Shown here piece after piece: positions 12,601 through 25,607 of a DNA stretch of 64,000 nt. This stretch comes from Podarcis gaigeae. Its lineage: Eukaryota. How positions within the stretch are numbered: the stretch's first letter is position 1; every line of letters starts with the position of its first letter. The translations under genes and the position numbers were made by a program. Location of the stretch: NCBI GenBank assembly GCA_964106915.2, contig OZ066915.1; one strand, given 5' to 3'. The notes beneath the pieces are model-generated. The model saw nothing but the letters and a program-made list of their open reading frames with translations, did not search any database and was not told where the DNA came from.

Positions 12601-13449
12601 CAACATTTATTGGGGACAGCACTTACAGAAGTATTCCAGAACTGCCTACTTTCAAGTCCACAATCAATATGAACAAACCCAGTAAAACATTAACTTGCAC
12701 AGCAATGACAGATGTCGACTATAGTATGCAACCACTGTCAACAGACGTTTTAAAAAATTGCTTGCTGCATACACCTATGCTATATATTACCGGGGCGAGG
12801 GATATCAGCACTAAATATTCATGCCCATCGGACTTAAATTCATAACGTGAATTAAAGTGAGCTTTGAAAATCTTTGTCGAGAGCTCGGAGGAAGAAGAGA
12901 ATTTAACAGTGCTCCTGGTAACATTATTCCGCTACCGTAACAGAAATACTGGGGGGAGGGGAAGAGAGAACATTTTACAGGGGTGAGGAAGTGCTTCACC
13001 CGTTGAACTTCTGCCTGCCAAGCACCTATTAAGGGCACACGCGACCATGTCAGGAAAGGAGATGAAAACGGGCAGGCAGAAGGCGGCAGCCAGCGCCTCG
13101 GTCCTTTGGGGTCTGGGGAGGGCGGAGGCAGAAAGCGAAGTGGAGTAAGCCAAGGGAAAGGGGAGGAGGGGGTGTCAGGGCCCGGATCCCTTACGAAGCT
13201 GAGGGCGCTCCCGCTCCGCTTCTTTTCCGGCGGCTCCTGTTCCCCGGGCGGCTCCGGCCGAGACTCGGTCTCTCTCTGCTTTTCGGCCCCCGCTTTCCCC
13301 GCTCCCGGTCCGCTCCTCCCTCCCGCGGCGGCGGCCTCTTCCATGCGCCGCTTGAAGAGCTCTAGGAAGGAGCCGTCGTTGGCGAACACGTTCACTCCGC
13401 CCGGCCCGGCCGCCTCGGAGCCTGGGCCCCTGCCTTGCGCCGCCGCCAT
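9700..13449 (-). CDS. TRIR: Telomerase RNA component interacting RNase (C19orf43), 3 coding exons, 146 aa
   Basis: Exon 13449-13195: MAAAQGRG...VNVFANDGSFLELFKRRMEE...GSALSF|gtaag. Exon 10863-10786: cag|VGKRRGGSKLALKTGVVAKKQKTEDE|gtaag. Exon 9807-9700: tag|VLTSKGDAWAKYMAEVKKYKAHQCSDDDKTRPLVK*. All introns are phase 0 GT-AG; the FANDGSFLE motif and C-terminus match TRIR. Confidence 0.96.
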
Positions 13450-14290
13450 CTTGCGCCGCCCTCCCTGCCTTGAGCGTACGCGCCCTGGAGCACGATGGGG
13501 AGCGGTGACGACGCCGGCGCCGCAAAGCACGACGGGAGAGGCGACGTTGCTAGGCTGCCCACGCACGTCAAAAAAAAGGAGAAGTATCGCCGACCGACAG
13601 GGCGCGTCCGCCCTGCGGGATACTGACAGGCCTTCTGAGCCAATCAAAAAAGGCTACGGGCCGCAGCCCGCGGGGAAATCGATGATGGAGTGAGCATTTT
13701 ACCAAACAGAAACAGCGGAAGGCGGGCGTTTGGGGTGGGTGGGAGCTCCTTCAGAAAGGGGTTCAGGAGCCAATCAAGAAAGGAAGCTGCCGGCCAATAG
13801 GCTGAGATAAGACAAGTGTGGGCAAGACCATATCAGCCAACTAGGAAGGGGTGCAATTGCTGTGTTACTCTACCTTTTTGTGACGCACCGGTTTGAGCAC
13901 CTTGTGTGATTGAAGGATTTGAAGAGCAGACCGAGGTCGGGAAGAGTACTTGCGCGCCTTGCTTCCTGTTAATCAGCGAAGGCGCTGAGCGGGGACAACC
14001 AACCTGAATCTCCCTACAAGATGGTGTAGCTCTGCATCTTGTCACGTGATTTTGGTTTCAAGATGGCGGCGGCGGCGGCATCTGGGTTGGCGACTGAGGC
14101 GGATGAGTTCGAGGACGCACCTGACGTGGAGCCGCTGGAGCCGACACTGAGCAACATTATCGAGCAGCGGAGCCTGAAATGGATTTTCGTCGGAGGGAAG
14201 GGTGGCGTTGGCAAGACCACCTGCAGGTGAGTTGGTCGGGGAGATGTCGTTGGGAGGGATGGCAGACATTGCTGCCTCCGCCTTTCTCTC
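13040..14290. promoter_or_regulatory. CpG island / bidirectional promoter shared by TRIR (-) and GET3 (+)
   Basis: Sharp rise in GC and CpG against a CpG-depleted background. Divergent ATGs at 13449 and 14063. Three CCAAT boxes (~13638, ~13768, ~13793), ETS-like CGGAAG/CTTCCTG (~13714, ~13962), E-box GTCACGTGA at 14041-14049, and YY1-type AAGATGGCGGC over both start codons. Confidence 0.9.
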
Positions 14291-17200
14291 TCCTTGGCAG
14301 CTGCTGCTGTGCCTTTTTAGGAGCTGTGTGACAGGCAGAAACCCAGCAAACGCAGCTTTCATATCGCTGAACCTTTGCTGGCAAAAGCTCTACCTGTTGA
14401 ACGTCCGCATCTCATTAAGCTATGGAGAATAGTGTCTTATTAGGCAAGCGAATTGTATGCAACTTCATGCCACTGTACGTAAATATCATGGGATTTGGGG
14501 CACCCTGCTTCAGATGCGAGACTGGATGAAACTAAGTAGAAGCATAGGGGTTGGGTGCCTTCCTTTTTCAGATTCATATTTTGACAGTCATTTATGCCTT
14601 CTTAATCTCAAGGCTAAGTATTTGAAGCTGCTTTTATGTGTGGTTGTCCTTGATGACTGAAAGCTTCATTTAGAGCAGAATGCACTTTCAGACAAATTCT
14701 GAAGAATGTAATTGTTCTGGTACTTGGACTGAGAACACTCATTGCCTTCCAGGTATAGCTTTATCTTGTAAACCCCCAAATGGCTTGGATTAACTTAATT
14801 TGTAGCTTGCCTACTTCCTTGTGCAACTCTGCCAACAATACCTTCTTGATTATATTAGCCTTGCTGTTGTGGAATAACCTTGCAGTGGTAGGTTTCCCAT
14901 TGTGCAATGCCTTTTCTTCATAAAGATTTTTAAAATTGTAGATCAGAACTTAGAACACAAGTATTAGAGGCTATTAAATTTTGGCTGGTGTGTGTTGGAT
15001 TTTGATGTCTAGGGTTAAACCTTTTAACGTGTGGGCTTTCAATATATTCTAGATTTACTTTGTGGTGACTCATAAGAAACTCATTAATATATTATTTGGC
15101 CTGGTTTTTTTGCGGGGTGGGGGGGTGGAGGTAACCTGTCTTGAAAGAGAGGGGTATCACAAGTTAAATAGCTGAAGCTGTCATTTACTCAGGAGTGAGC
15201 TGTTTTGCTAAGCTAATGTGCATATGATTTGGCTGCTTCTGAGTAGCTGCTTGTCTGTGACAAGTAAGCACCTCCATAGAGGAGCAAAGTTGGAAGTCTT
15301 TGGATCATAATCTCTTAAGGTAGACAAATCCGAACAGACCTATTAAGAGTGTGATAGCTGAAGAGCTTATGTTCTATGTTTGTATGTATTTCCTTTTGTG
15401 ATGTTAATAACTGCACATTGCTTTACTTCCTGAATCTAGCTGCAGCCTGGCTGTGCAGCTGTCCAAAGTGCGGGAGAGTGTCCTCATCATCTCCACCGAT
15501 CCTGCTCATAACATATCAGATGCTTTCGACCAGAAATTTTCAAAAGTCCCCACCAAAGTAAAGGGCTATGATAACCTTTTTGCCATGGTGAGTGTTCCTC
15601 TGAAGGGACTGGGTAGTATTGAGCAAAAAAATATGGTTCTTATTACATATAGGAAAAGATCAGGCAGGGGTGAAAACATTCTTTTTTCTGACCTTGCTCT
15701 TTCACACTGAATAGATTATGATATGTAGCAATAAGGCAAGTAAACCAACTGAATTTTTCCTCCAAAATTTCTGTGTCCTGGACTGTGAGGAGATGATGGT
15801 ATATTTTGTTTAACTGGTTTCTCTTCACTGTATTTTAAGAGATGTGACTAATGTAGTGGTTTGTAACCTCGAGAATTTATCTGTAACTGTTTAAAGCAGT
15901 TTTTTAGAATGGCTGAATGACTTTGTTTTTGCTTTATGAAAAGTGGTGCTGATCCTTCTATTTATTTCACAGGAGATTGATCCCAGCCTAGGTGTGGCTG
16001 AACTTCCAGATGAGTTCTTTGAGGAGGATAACATGCTGAGTATGGGCAAGAAGATGATGCAAGAGGCTATGAGTGCCTTTCCTGGCATTGATGAGGCCAT
16101 GAGCTATGCAGAAGTTATGCGGTAAGAACTGTGGCCTGGATCATCAAGCCTTCTAACCTTTTCTAGCCTGTGGGAGGCTTATTTATTTATTATTTCATAA
16201 AATTTATACACTGCTTGACTGTGGGTTAAAAAACAAACAAACCTTAAAGCGGTTTTTGGGTTAAGAAGCAGAAGGACCAGACTTCAAAGGTATTTTACTG
16301 GGTTCACCATTATGAAGTTTGGGTTAGCCAGAGGTATCCCAATCCGAATGGTTTAGCCATTAGGATAGTCCAGCATAGTAACTGAGTATGTTTTGCACAA
16401 GGTTATTGTATTATTTGTGGTTTGTATCCAATTAAGTAGGCTCCCTGTAGTAGTAGTAATAATAATAATAATAATTAATAATAATAATTTTATTTATTTA
16501 TTTATATGCTGTCCATCTGACTTGGGTTACCCCAGCCACTCTGGGTGGCTTCCAACAAATAGAAAAGCGCAATAAAACATTAAATACTTTACTATACAGG
16601 GTCAGTGTTAGAAACAGAGATATGAAAGCTAGGAGCTAAATGGCACCTTAAACCTAGGTTATGGGCGCAAAAACAGAATGTGTGATACCTTCAGGTACAG
16701 GGCGGTATAGAAAATAAATAATAATAATACTACACTTTTTAAATAACAGAAATACAAATCTGAAAATGAATGAACTGCAGCTGAAGTATTATGTTCATTT
16801 TTCACATGATCTAGTCCTTCCCCTGCCCATCCCTCTAATATTCTTAAGAGGGTCTCTTCTCAAGTCTTCAAAGAGTAGCTGGAAGTGGGGAGGCAGAAAA
16901 AGGTCCTCCTTTCCTTCTACTCTGTAGTTTTAATCTGAAATCTTAGGCACAGTATTGTGCCCAGATCTCAGAAACTGCTCACCCTAATGAAATTCCCTGT
17001 CGCAAAATGTGCCTAGAACAATGGGAGTTCTGAACACTGTACGGGGCTGACTTCAGTTGTTGTTTAAATAAGTAGGCTCACCTAAGCTAGCCATGACCAT
17101 TAATTTCAATGACTCTAATCTGAGTATGGCTAATATTGGATTCAACCTTTTGTGATTTATGCATCATTTATTGCACTGGACAAATTTGTGCACCAAAGTA

Positions 17201-20200
17201 CCATAACATCTGTTGTTGCACGACATGGATTCCACATACAAAGTTTTCTTTCACAGAGCAAAGAAAGCACTAGCATTAAGTGAACCTTAAAGTGTATATG
17301 TATACTGGGGAAGGTCAGTATAAAGAAAGAGGTGACTATTTATAACTGCTCCAGCTGATGGTTCTTTCTCTGGCCTGCACAGGTTGGTGAAAGGGATGAA
17401 TTTCTCCGTGGTAGTGTTTGACACAGCACCCACTGGGCACACACTACGGTTGCTCAATTTCCCCACCATCGTGGAGCGGGGGCTAGGCCGCTTGATGCAG
17501 ATAAAGAACCAGATCAGTCCCTTCATATCGCAGGTAAAATGGGAGAGGAGCCAGAAAAATGAGGCGTTCCTGGAAAGAAGACCATGCCAGACATCTTTTT
17601 TAAAAAAATTCCACCGTGTGGCATTTTGCAAGCTTTTGCATGGACCCTACTATTATTCTTGCAACACTCGGAAGCAACATGAAATAATCGATTTGATTTG
17701 TTGGGTTGCTTGCAGGACACAGTAGCACATATTGCCCTTGGAGTATTGGCTTTGTCACTCTGAGTTGAGCTGATAAGCAAGTTTTGCTTATTCCCTCCTC
17801 TGTTGCATGCAGGACATGTAGGGGTGACTTGTTGTCTGTTAATAGAAATCTCTCATTGCAACTCCCTCTCTGTTGTTCACTAGATGTGCAACATGCTTGG
17901 CCTGGGAGACATGAATGCTGACCAGCTGGCCTCCAAGCTGGAGGAGACCCTTCCTGTCATCCGCTCAGTCAGTGAGCAGTTCAAGGATCCGGCAAGTATT
18001 CTGCAAAGATGAGGGGTTTGGGGGGGTGATACTTCACTCTTGGCAAAGGTGAATTTGGAATGTATAGTAAGATGAAACATGCTTACATTTGTGACCGCTT
18101 CACTAGATTTAACATTAATTCAGTTAGCTATATTTATATACTTGTTTTTTATAATTTTGCAAAACTTTTAAAATTGTCTTCTCAAATGTAATATTCATTT
18201 TCAGTCCATTCAATAGTTGCAGTCTTCCAGATGATATTAGTTCATTAGAATGATCAGGCTAAAGATGACTTCTCTCATAGCATAATATTCTATCAAGTAA
18301 TGAAAAAGAACACTGAAATGTAACTCATTAATGTTTGGAAGTAGCTAGAGATCAATTTCTGCTTAGTTTATTCCATGAAACAGCAACAAGGTCAGGTCAG
18401 GTCAAAATGAATGCTATTTAAATCTAGACAGGGGCCATGTTTGCATGTAATGATAAGCCAGACTTTCTTCCATTCTGTGCGCACGATAATCAGATTGAAT
18501 ACTTGGCTTCTTTCCTACATCTGAACCAGGAATCATGGTTTGTTGCTCTCTAATAAGCCATGAGTCATGGTTTGTTGCTCTCTAATATGCCATGATCAGC
18601 AAGTCAACAACAAACTATGTTCCATGATAGGGTGACTTCAGTTTCTCTCACACAGGCTGGGCATATTTGTGTTCCAGTCATGACAAGAAGGAAACAAACA
18701 AACAGAGTTCACCCATTACTACAGAATCTCATCCTTTGTATTTATAGAATCATATAATTGTAGAGCTGGAAGGGATCCTGAGTCATCCAGTCCAACGTCC
18801 TGCAATGCAGGAATTTCTTCTAAAGCATCCATGACAGATGACTGTCCAACCTCTGTTTTAAAACCTCCAGTGAAGGAGAGTCCACCACCTTCCAGTGGAA
18901 AGTTCTTCCTGATGTTTAGTCGGAATCTCCTTTCTTGTAACTTGAATTCATTGCTCCATCTTCCATGTGACAGCCCTTTACATATTTGAAGATATAAATG
19001 ATATTATGATATATGGTAGTATGTCTCCGGTGCTAAATTTATCTAGAGGCCTCTGTGTTGCCACCCACAACTATTCTGTGGGAGAGTTTGCTCATTTGGC
19101 GATTTCTGGCTTTTTGGACTCTATGCCCTCTTTAAATGTGCAGAGCATGACCACTTCCAGTATACCCTTTCCTGTCCTCCTTATAGAATTTGAATTCTAA
19201 GATAACCACATCTCACTGGTTATCTCCATTCAACCAGGTTTCCATTATTCCAACAGCACATATGCTCTCTCTTTAAGATCGAGCACTCAAGCTCACAAAT
19301 CTTGGCTCTTCCTGCAAGGAGCTTGTAATACAATTTTGACAGTAGGGGGAGTCCGTGGATGACTGCAAGCACATGTAGTAAACTTAAGTTTTATTTGTAG
19401 AGCAGGGTTATCGCTTGGTAATCCTTATTTACTGTCATTGTCCATTTGGCGTGTAGTTTGCTTGCCTCCAAAGTTCAGATGTCACAATAACCTAGGTTCT
19501 GGCTTATTTTGCAGCAGGAGCAGGGAAGGTGTGGAGCAATAAATATGCATGCTGCATATTTTAATTAAACCATAGTTTGTTCTAATATAATGTTCAAACC
19601 AGGCCAGGGCATCCAGATACTTTTCCTGATCTTTCCAACTGTAGCAGCGATCAGTTTGAAAATAGAATCTTCCAGTTATAGTGAAGTTGCTACGTGCCGA
19701 AAAGAATGAGACCTCAAGTGGGGATTTTCTGACCCAACTTGGATTGGGGCTGGATCAGGAAGACCTTGGGGGGGGGGGCAAGCATGTCACATACACAAGT
19801 CTCCATAGCACTGACAAGTCTACATTTTGCAAGTGTTTTCCATTCATGGCAGCTACTCTGCTAATGTACATTTACACTGACAGGAAACAGCTGGTACTGG
19901 CTGGAGTGATTTTTGGAATTGGTGGGGTGAGGAGTTCAACTCTGGTACAGTTGTACCTCAGAGGTCGAACGCCTTGCGAGATGAACATTTTGGCTCCCGA
20001 ACTCTGCAAACCCAGAAATGATTGTTCCAGTTTGCGAATGTTCTTTGGAACCCAAACGTCCGGCACGGCTTCTGATTGGCTGCCGGAGCTTCCTGCAGCC
20101 AATCGGACGGAAGCCATACCTTGATTCCAGTACATTTTGAAAGTCAAACGGACTTCCAGAACGGATTTCGTTCGACTTCCAAGGTACGACTGTATTAGCA

Positions 20201-23200
20201 TATTAGTTTATTCTTTATTAAGCCCACAGTGTGCTTCATTCAGATCCTGGGAGACCAACTAATATGTCTAAGCCAGTCAGTCACCCTGGTGGTATTTCTT
20301 TTTTTGCAGGGTTTGTGCTTTGTTTTCCTGAGTATTGGCTGTAGTTTCAGCGGGAAACCTAAAGAGATAGAAACATAAATCTTAAACAGTTGTTCAACTT
20401 GTGAATCTCAGCTAGTGGAAGCTATTGCATACTATTACTACACTGGTTCTTGTGCATTCTTATGTGACCAATGTGCTCCACGGCTGCTATAACAGCTGAT
20501 ATGGTAAAGGAGCAGGAATGAAGGGATTGCATGCCTCCTGGCTCTCTTTTTGCCCCAAAGGCATAGAAGAACATTGTGTTTCTCTTGCAAAATGTTGCAA
20601 ATCTCATTGTGTTGTAAACTGCTCTAGTTATACCCCTGTGAACGTTACACTTTCTTACTAGACTCTTGCTCAGAGTAATTTATTTTTTTAAATTAAACTT
20701 TATAACATTTAATAAAGGAAGTGAAGTAAAAAATCGTGACAAAATGAGAAGCGGTGGGTAGCGGGGTCCCACCAGCTCACATTTTTTCTAGCTTAGAGGA
20801 ATAATAATAATAAAGCTTTGTCTCCCAGCTGTTAGCTGAACAAACTTTCACCATTGGCCATATGGGCAGGTAGGGAGTTGTCGACAACAGATGAGTTATT
20901 TGATGCAGGAATGCTGCATTGGATCTTCATGTTTTGACTGAAGGATAGAATAGGCCAGCAGGCATCTCTAGTAATAGAAGCATTCCTTAACTTTTGAAAA
21001 CATTATTTGCAAATCCAGGTGTGGCTATAATTGTCAGGACTTTTGCCTGCTACCCACCCTGTTTCTAATTGCTTGGAATGTATCTTGTAAAGATGGGCAA
21101 GGGTTTTGAAGGTAACAGGATGGGACATGACTTTAGGGAGCTATTTGTAGGGCACTGAGGTGGGCATGTCAGCCTTGTCCTTTGTATTGTTTGCATGTTA
21201 GAGTAGTTAAAGGCTGGGTTTCTGCATTTAATTGTCCATTTTGCTATGAATTATGCAAGTGTGGGTGTTCCTTAGGCAAAGTAAGTCTAGCAACAATCGG
21301 GCAGAGACAAAGAATTTAACCGTGCATCTAGCCACTTCGCTGGTCACCTCAAGTGAGCGATTGCCTTAAATGGCCAGGTGAATTTCCAGTCTTCTACTGG
21401 AGACTGGGGGCAGGATTCAGCTAATAAGTCCCACAAGTGGAAGCCCTAACAAATATTTGCCCTAATTCAACAGGGCTCCCCCCCCCTTGCAGCCCCAGAA
21501 TTGCACATGGGGTGGAGAGAGGGGATTGTTCTGTCTGGCAGGCTGAAATGCTTGAGCTGGCAAAACATTTGCCATAGAGCTGCGTCGAATTCCTCCCTGT
21601 GTGCTATGGGTTGCTCCTGCCTTTAAGCTAAAACTCTTAAGGCTGGAAGAAGAGGCAGCCTCATAAACATATTCTAGTCACTCTTCGTTCCTTTCTGTCC
21701 TTCTAGTATGACGGAGTCCTGCCGTCATTAGATGGTGCTTAGCATAGAAAAAAGACACAATGAGGCAGCGAGTATTTTCATGAATGGTAAGAGCAGCTCC
21801 TTTCTCTGCCCTCTCCCGATTTATTCTCCTTTGTTCTCCCAGCCGCATGGCCGTTTGCCAATGTCTCACGTTACCTCATCCAGTCAAGGCTTTTATTACA
21901 CCCATCACCATATAGGGAAACACTGCCCAGAGGAAACACAACTCCATTTAGGGTCAATACATCCTAATACATTGTAAGGCACAGAGTGCTGGTCAGCCGA
22001 GGTCAGGGGGCACCCTGCGGTATTTACAAGCCTCTGCCTTGGCTTTATGACTCCCACACTAGTAGGTGGAGGAACTGAAAGAATATGGGGGCTAGCAGCC
22101 TCTTTGGGTGCTTTCCCCCTTTGTCTGGTTCCTGGTGGAGCTACACTGGCTCCCAGTGGAGTACAGGATCAGGTTTAAGGTGCTGTTTTTAACCCTTAAA
22201 TCCCTATACGGCCTAGGACCCTTGTACCTACGGGACCATCTCTCCTGGTATGTCCCACAGAGGACCTTACGGTCTGTAAATAACAACACCCTGAAGATTC
22301 TGGGCCCCAGGGAAATTAGACTGGCCTCGACCAGAGCCAGGGCCTTTTGGCCTGTGGCCTCGGCCTAGTGGGACGCTCTCACAAGAGACCAGGGCCCTGC
22401 AAGATTTGACATCCTTCCGCAGGGCCTGCAAGATGGAGCTGTTCCACCAGGCCTTTGGTCAGGGTTCAGTCTGACTCATTTTCTCTTTGTATAAGAACAA
22501 GCATGAAGGAGGTTTCCCAGCCCGCTCACAGGTCCTTATAATATCAGTAGAAACAGTTGGTCCTGGCGAGTATTAACCGCTTTCAGTTTTAACCTGAGGA
22601 TTGTCATTTGTCCAGTTTTAATTTTAATTTATTTGAATTAATTTTGGGATGCATTTTAATCAATTGATTGCTTGTTTTTATGCATATTGTATTATTTATA
22701 TGATGTTAGCTGCTCTGAGCCCGGCTCTAGCCGGGGAGGGCGGGGTACAAATAAAAAGTTGTTATTATTGTTGTTATCTGAGCTAAGAAACAAGGCAGGG
22801 TGCATAAGTGCTGTGTTTCCTTTTTCTGTGCCTATCCTAGATAAGCAAGGAAGTTACCAGCTGCCCAAGTGCCCTACACTAAACACTGCAGCCATTCTTC
22901 TCGACCATGCTGGTGAAAGGATAGTTCCAGATTCTGTAGACGTGATCTGTGTGCCTTCTGAACTTAACTGGAAAAGATGGGATTGCAATGGCTGATCCCC
23001 TGTACCCAGAGATAGACGTGACACATGGTGTGGACTATGTGAACAGGTGTTCAGGTGGCAGATAACCTGAGGACAAGTGGCCATATTGCTTCCTGAGGGG
23101 CAACAGCTTTTGTTGCTTTGCCCTCTGGCCTTATTCCTCTAAAAAAACCATGGTGGTGGAAGGAATGTAGAAGCTGAGAATTTAAGGTGGAAACAGGGAC

Positions 23201-24837
23201 TGTGGGGGAGACAGCAGCACACAGGTGACTCCCAGGGATGGGAGACCAGCTCCTACAATTTTATTTGCATTTGTGAACTAATGGCACTTTATCCCCTCCC
23301 CAGGAACAAACAACATTCATCTGTGTTTGTATTGCTGAGTTCCTGTCCCTGTATGAAACAGAGCGGCTCATCCAGGAGTTGGCCAAGTGCAAGATCGACA
23401 CGCACAATATCATAGTCAATCAGTTGGTCTTCCCTGACCCAGAGAAGCCCTGCAAGATGTGTGAGGCCCGGCACAAAATCCAGTCCAAATACCTTGACCA
23501 GGTATGGCTAGAGACTGTTCAGATTTTTCAGTGTCCATTTTGGGGAAGTGGCAGCAGTCAGGCACCAATCTAAGCCTGGGGATCTGCTTTACATTGATTT
23601 AGCCCACTGGTCCATCTTGTCTGGTCCTAATATTGTCTACTTGGACTGTTAAGGTCTCTGAGTTGCATACCTAACTTTATAACTCCCAGCCCTTTTGGTC
23701 AATATTACTTTAAACTTCTGAATGGTTGAAGTTTGCTATTCTACTTTTACCTTCAGCTTCAGAATTCCTGTCTCCCAGCATTCCCCTTTCCATTGCCACG
23801 GCAAGTGTTTAGCTTTTCTAGAGGGGTGCAAATATCCAGGTGAACAGTAGCCACTGGCAGTTTAAGAAATGGGTCCTGCAACTGTCTTGCTGTAGAAGGC
23901 AGGAAGCGGGTCTCCTCCATATGTGCTGCTCTTTGTGGAATCTGGCCTTCAGGTGGAAATGTGGAATTTTCCTCTTCTATAACTTTTATCTCTGTTCAGT
24001 CCAACCTCACTATTATTATTCTTTGAAAATGAAAGGGAATGTTTACTAGTAAACTGAGTAGTTTTTGTCCAGGGAAAATATGCAGACCTTCCCCAATGCC
24101 TCCACAGACAGGCTTCACTTTTCTCTGCCATTTTGTTGCTTCTGCTTCTTCTGTATTCCATTTTGCTTTTTCTACACTCTCCTCTTCTTTCCCTTTGAAT
24201 GATTTTTGCAGCCTTTGTATCCATCCACCTCTTTCTAATCATGGTATCCTTTTTCTGTGACTTCCACCCTTGCCATCTCTTCATTCATTACTCAGCCTGA
24301 AAAGTTGTGGGGAAGTTTTACACATTTTTCTTGGGCCAAAACCTCCATCTCCCACTCCAGTTGTCCTATCGCCTCTTCAGTACTATGTACTCTGTTTTTC
24401 TTTCTGCCACTTGTGCCTTTTCCATGTGTCCTTCCTTCACTCAGTAAACCAAGGGATGGTTAATCTGTACCAGGTCTTCCAAGGGCCCAGCTGTAAAGCT
24501 GTTCAAAATTAGTTTAAGATTGCCATTAGACAGCAAGAGGATTACTTTTCTTAGTGCTGTTGCAAAGAGGGTCTTCCAAAGTCAACAGAGCACACTTTCC
24601 AACCAAGCAGGGAACTGCTGCTGAGATTCTTCCATCTTGATTCCCAAGAAGAAGTTTGTAATAGTCAGATGCTCCTTTTGATTTGTCTTTCTTTTCCTCC
24701 TCCAGATGGAAGACCTCTATGAAGACTTTCACATTGTAAAGCTGCCACTCTTGCCCCATGAAGTGCGAGGGGCTGATAAAGTCAACACCTTTTCAAGTCT
24801 GCTACTGGAGCCCTACAAGCCACCCAGTGCAAAATGA
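14063..24837 (+). CDS. GET3: ATPase GET3/ASNA1 (TRC40), tail-anchored protein targeting factor, 7 coding exons, 349 aa
   Basis: Exons 14063-14226, 15440-15587, 15973-16121, 17383-17533, 17884-17991 (GC donor), 23304-23501 and 24706-24837 (TGA) sum to 1050 nt in frame. Deviant Walker [11 protein letters not shown], switch I STDPAH, switch II DTAPTGH, CKMC zinc motif; ends [11 protein letters not shown]. Confidence 0.98.
16603..17039. mobile_element. Non-autonomous hAT-like DNA transposon in GET3 intron 3
   Basis: Imperfect TIRs CAGTGTTAGAAAC / GTTCTGAACACTG; degenerate 8-bp TSD tacagggt / tacggggc. Confidence 0.6.
18743..18990 (-). mobile_element. CR1 LINE 3' end fragment
   Basis: atagaatcatataattgtagagctggaaggg...tccaacctctg...gagagtccaccacct is the reverse complement of a CR1 3' terminus. 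Confidence 0.7.
19948..20192. mobile_element. Tc1/mariner-type MITE (CAGTYGTACC subfamily)
   Basis: TA|CAGTTGTACC...GGTACGACTG|TA with a central palindrome; inverted relative to the copy at 25844-26084. Confidence 0.8.
22135..22777 (+). mobile_element. L2-clade LINE 3' fragment
   Basis: Encodes [16 protein letters not shown]...[11 protein letters not shown]...RARAF (L2 ORF2 C-terminus), then a 3' UTR ending gggcggggtacaaataaaaag and a (TTA/TTG)n tail. Confidence 0.82.
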
Positions 24838-25252
24838 AACCCCTATGGACTGGCTCCCACTGATATCCCCTCTGTACCATTCCGTGCTTCCTCTTTCCCA
24901 CCCCTTATCTGCTGGAACTCCTCCCCTTCCAGCAGCCTCTCTTCTACAGAAATTGTGTGGTTGAGAGGCTTGTGGTGGGGTTGGAAGAGGCAGAATTTGG
25001 TGTTCCCACTTGTTTCTGCCCTAATCCTGTTACTTAACATCTTGGAACATCCCAAAAGTGATCTACACCTTCCATCCCTTCTCCTCACATAACCAGCTAG
25101 CTAAATTAAACTTGGGTCACTTTTTGTTTCTCTTCCACTCTGACTTCTCCTTGGATCATGTCTCCAGCCATTCTGGCTGGAGTCCTAAGTCAGGTGCTAT
25201 GATGACACAGAGACTGACATTCTTGCAGCACTAAGGCCATGGGAAGTATGTA

Positions 25253-25258
25253 AATAAA
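25253..25258 (+). promoter_or_regulatory. Candidate poly(A) signal of GET3
   Basis: AATAAA about 415 nt after the stop, followed by a T/GT-rich tract (gtttgctgttttt). Confidence 0.6.
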
Positions 25259-25607
25259 CTGTAAGGGAAAGTAGTTTGCTGTTTTTCGTCTATCAGGCTG
25301 CCACTTTAATTTATGCTGGGGAATTTTCAGCAGGGGACAATTTCAAGTTCTGCAAGGGAAACTAAGAAGCATCTTGAAAATCTCCTGCTTAAGGTTGTGA
25401 AATGGGTCCAGAATGAAGATACTGTCTCACAAACAGGGATTGGAATAGAGATGTGGCGGTTGAAAAATATGCCCCCCTATGCTTTCTGAGCATATATATA
25501 CATTCTAGTCCCCTGGAGTGTCAGTACTATCATAGCATATATGGTCCACAGTATGTGTATGTGTGTATATAGAGCAGTCTATGGCAGAGACAAAATTCTC
25601 CTAAGGG

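Noticed and set aside
12811-13647. 278-aa minus-strand ORF as a single-exon or N-terminally extended protein
   Set aside because: It is TRIR exon 1 (13449-13195) plus GC-rich promoter sequence and intron read-through. It opens on a non-ATG codon, and recognisable similarity stops at the gtaag donor.
13106-13693. 195-aa plus-strand ORF antisense to TRIR exon 1
   Set aside because: Stop-poor shadow frame of a CpG island; low-complexity G/P/A/R content and no recognisable domain.
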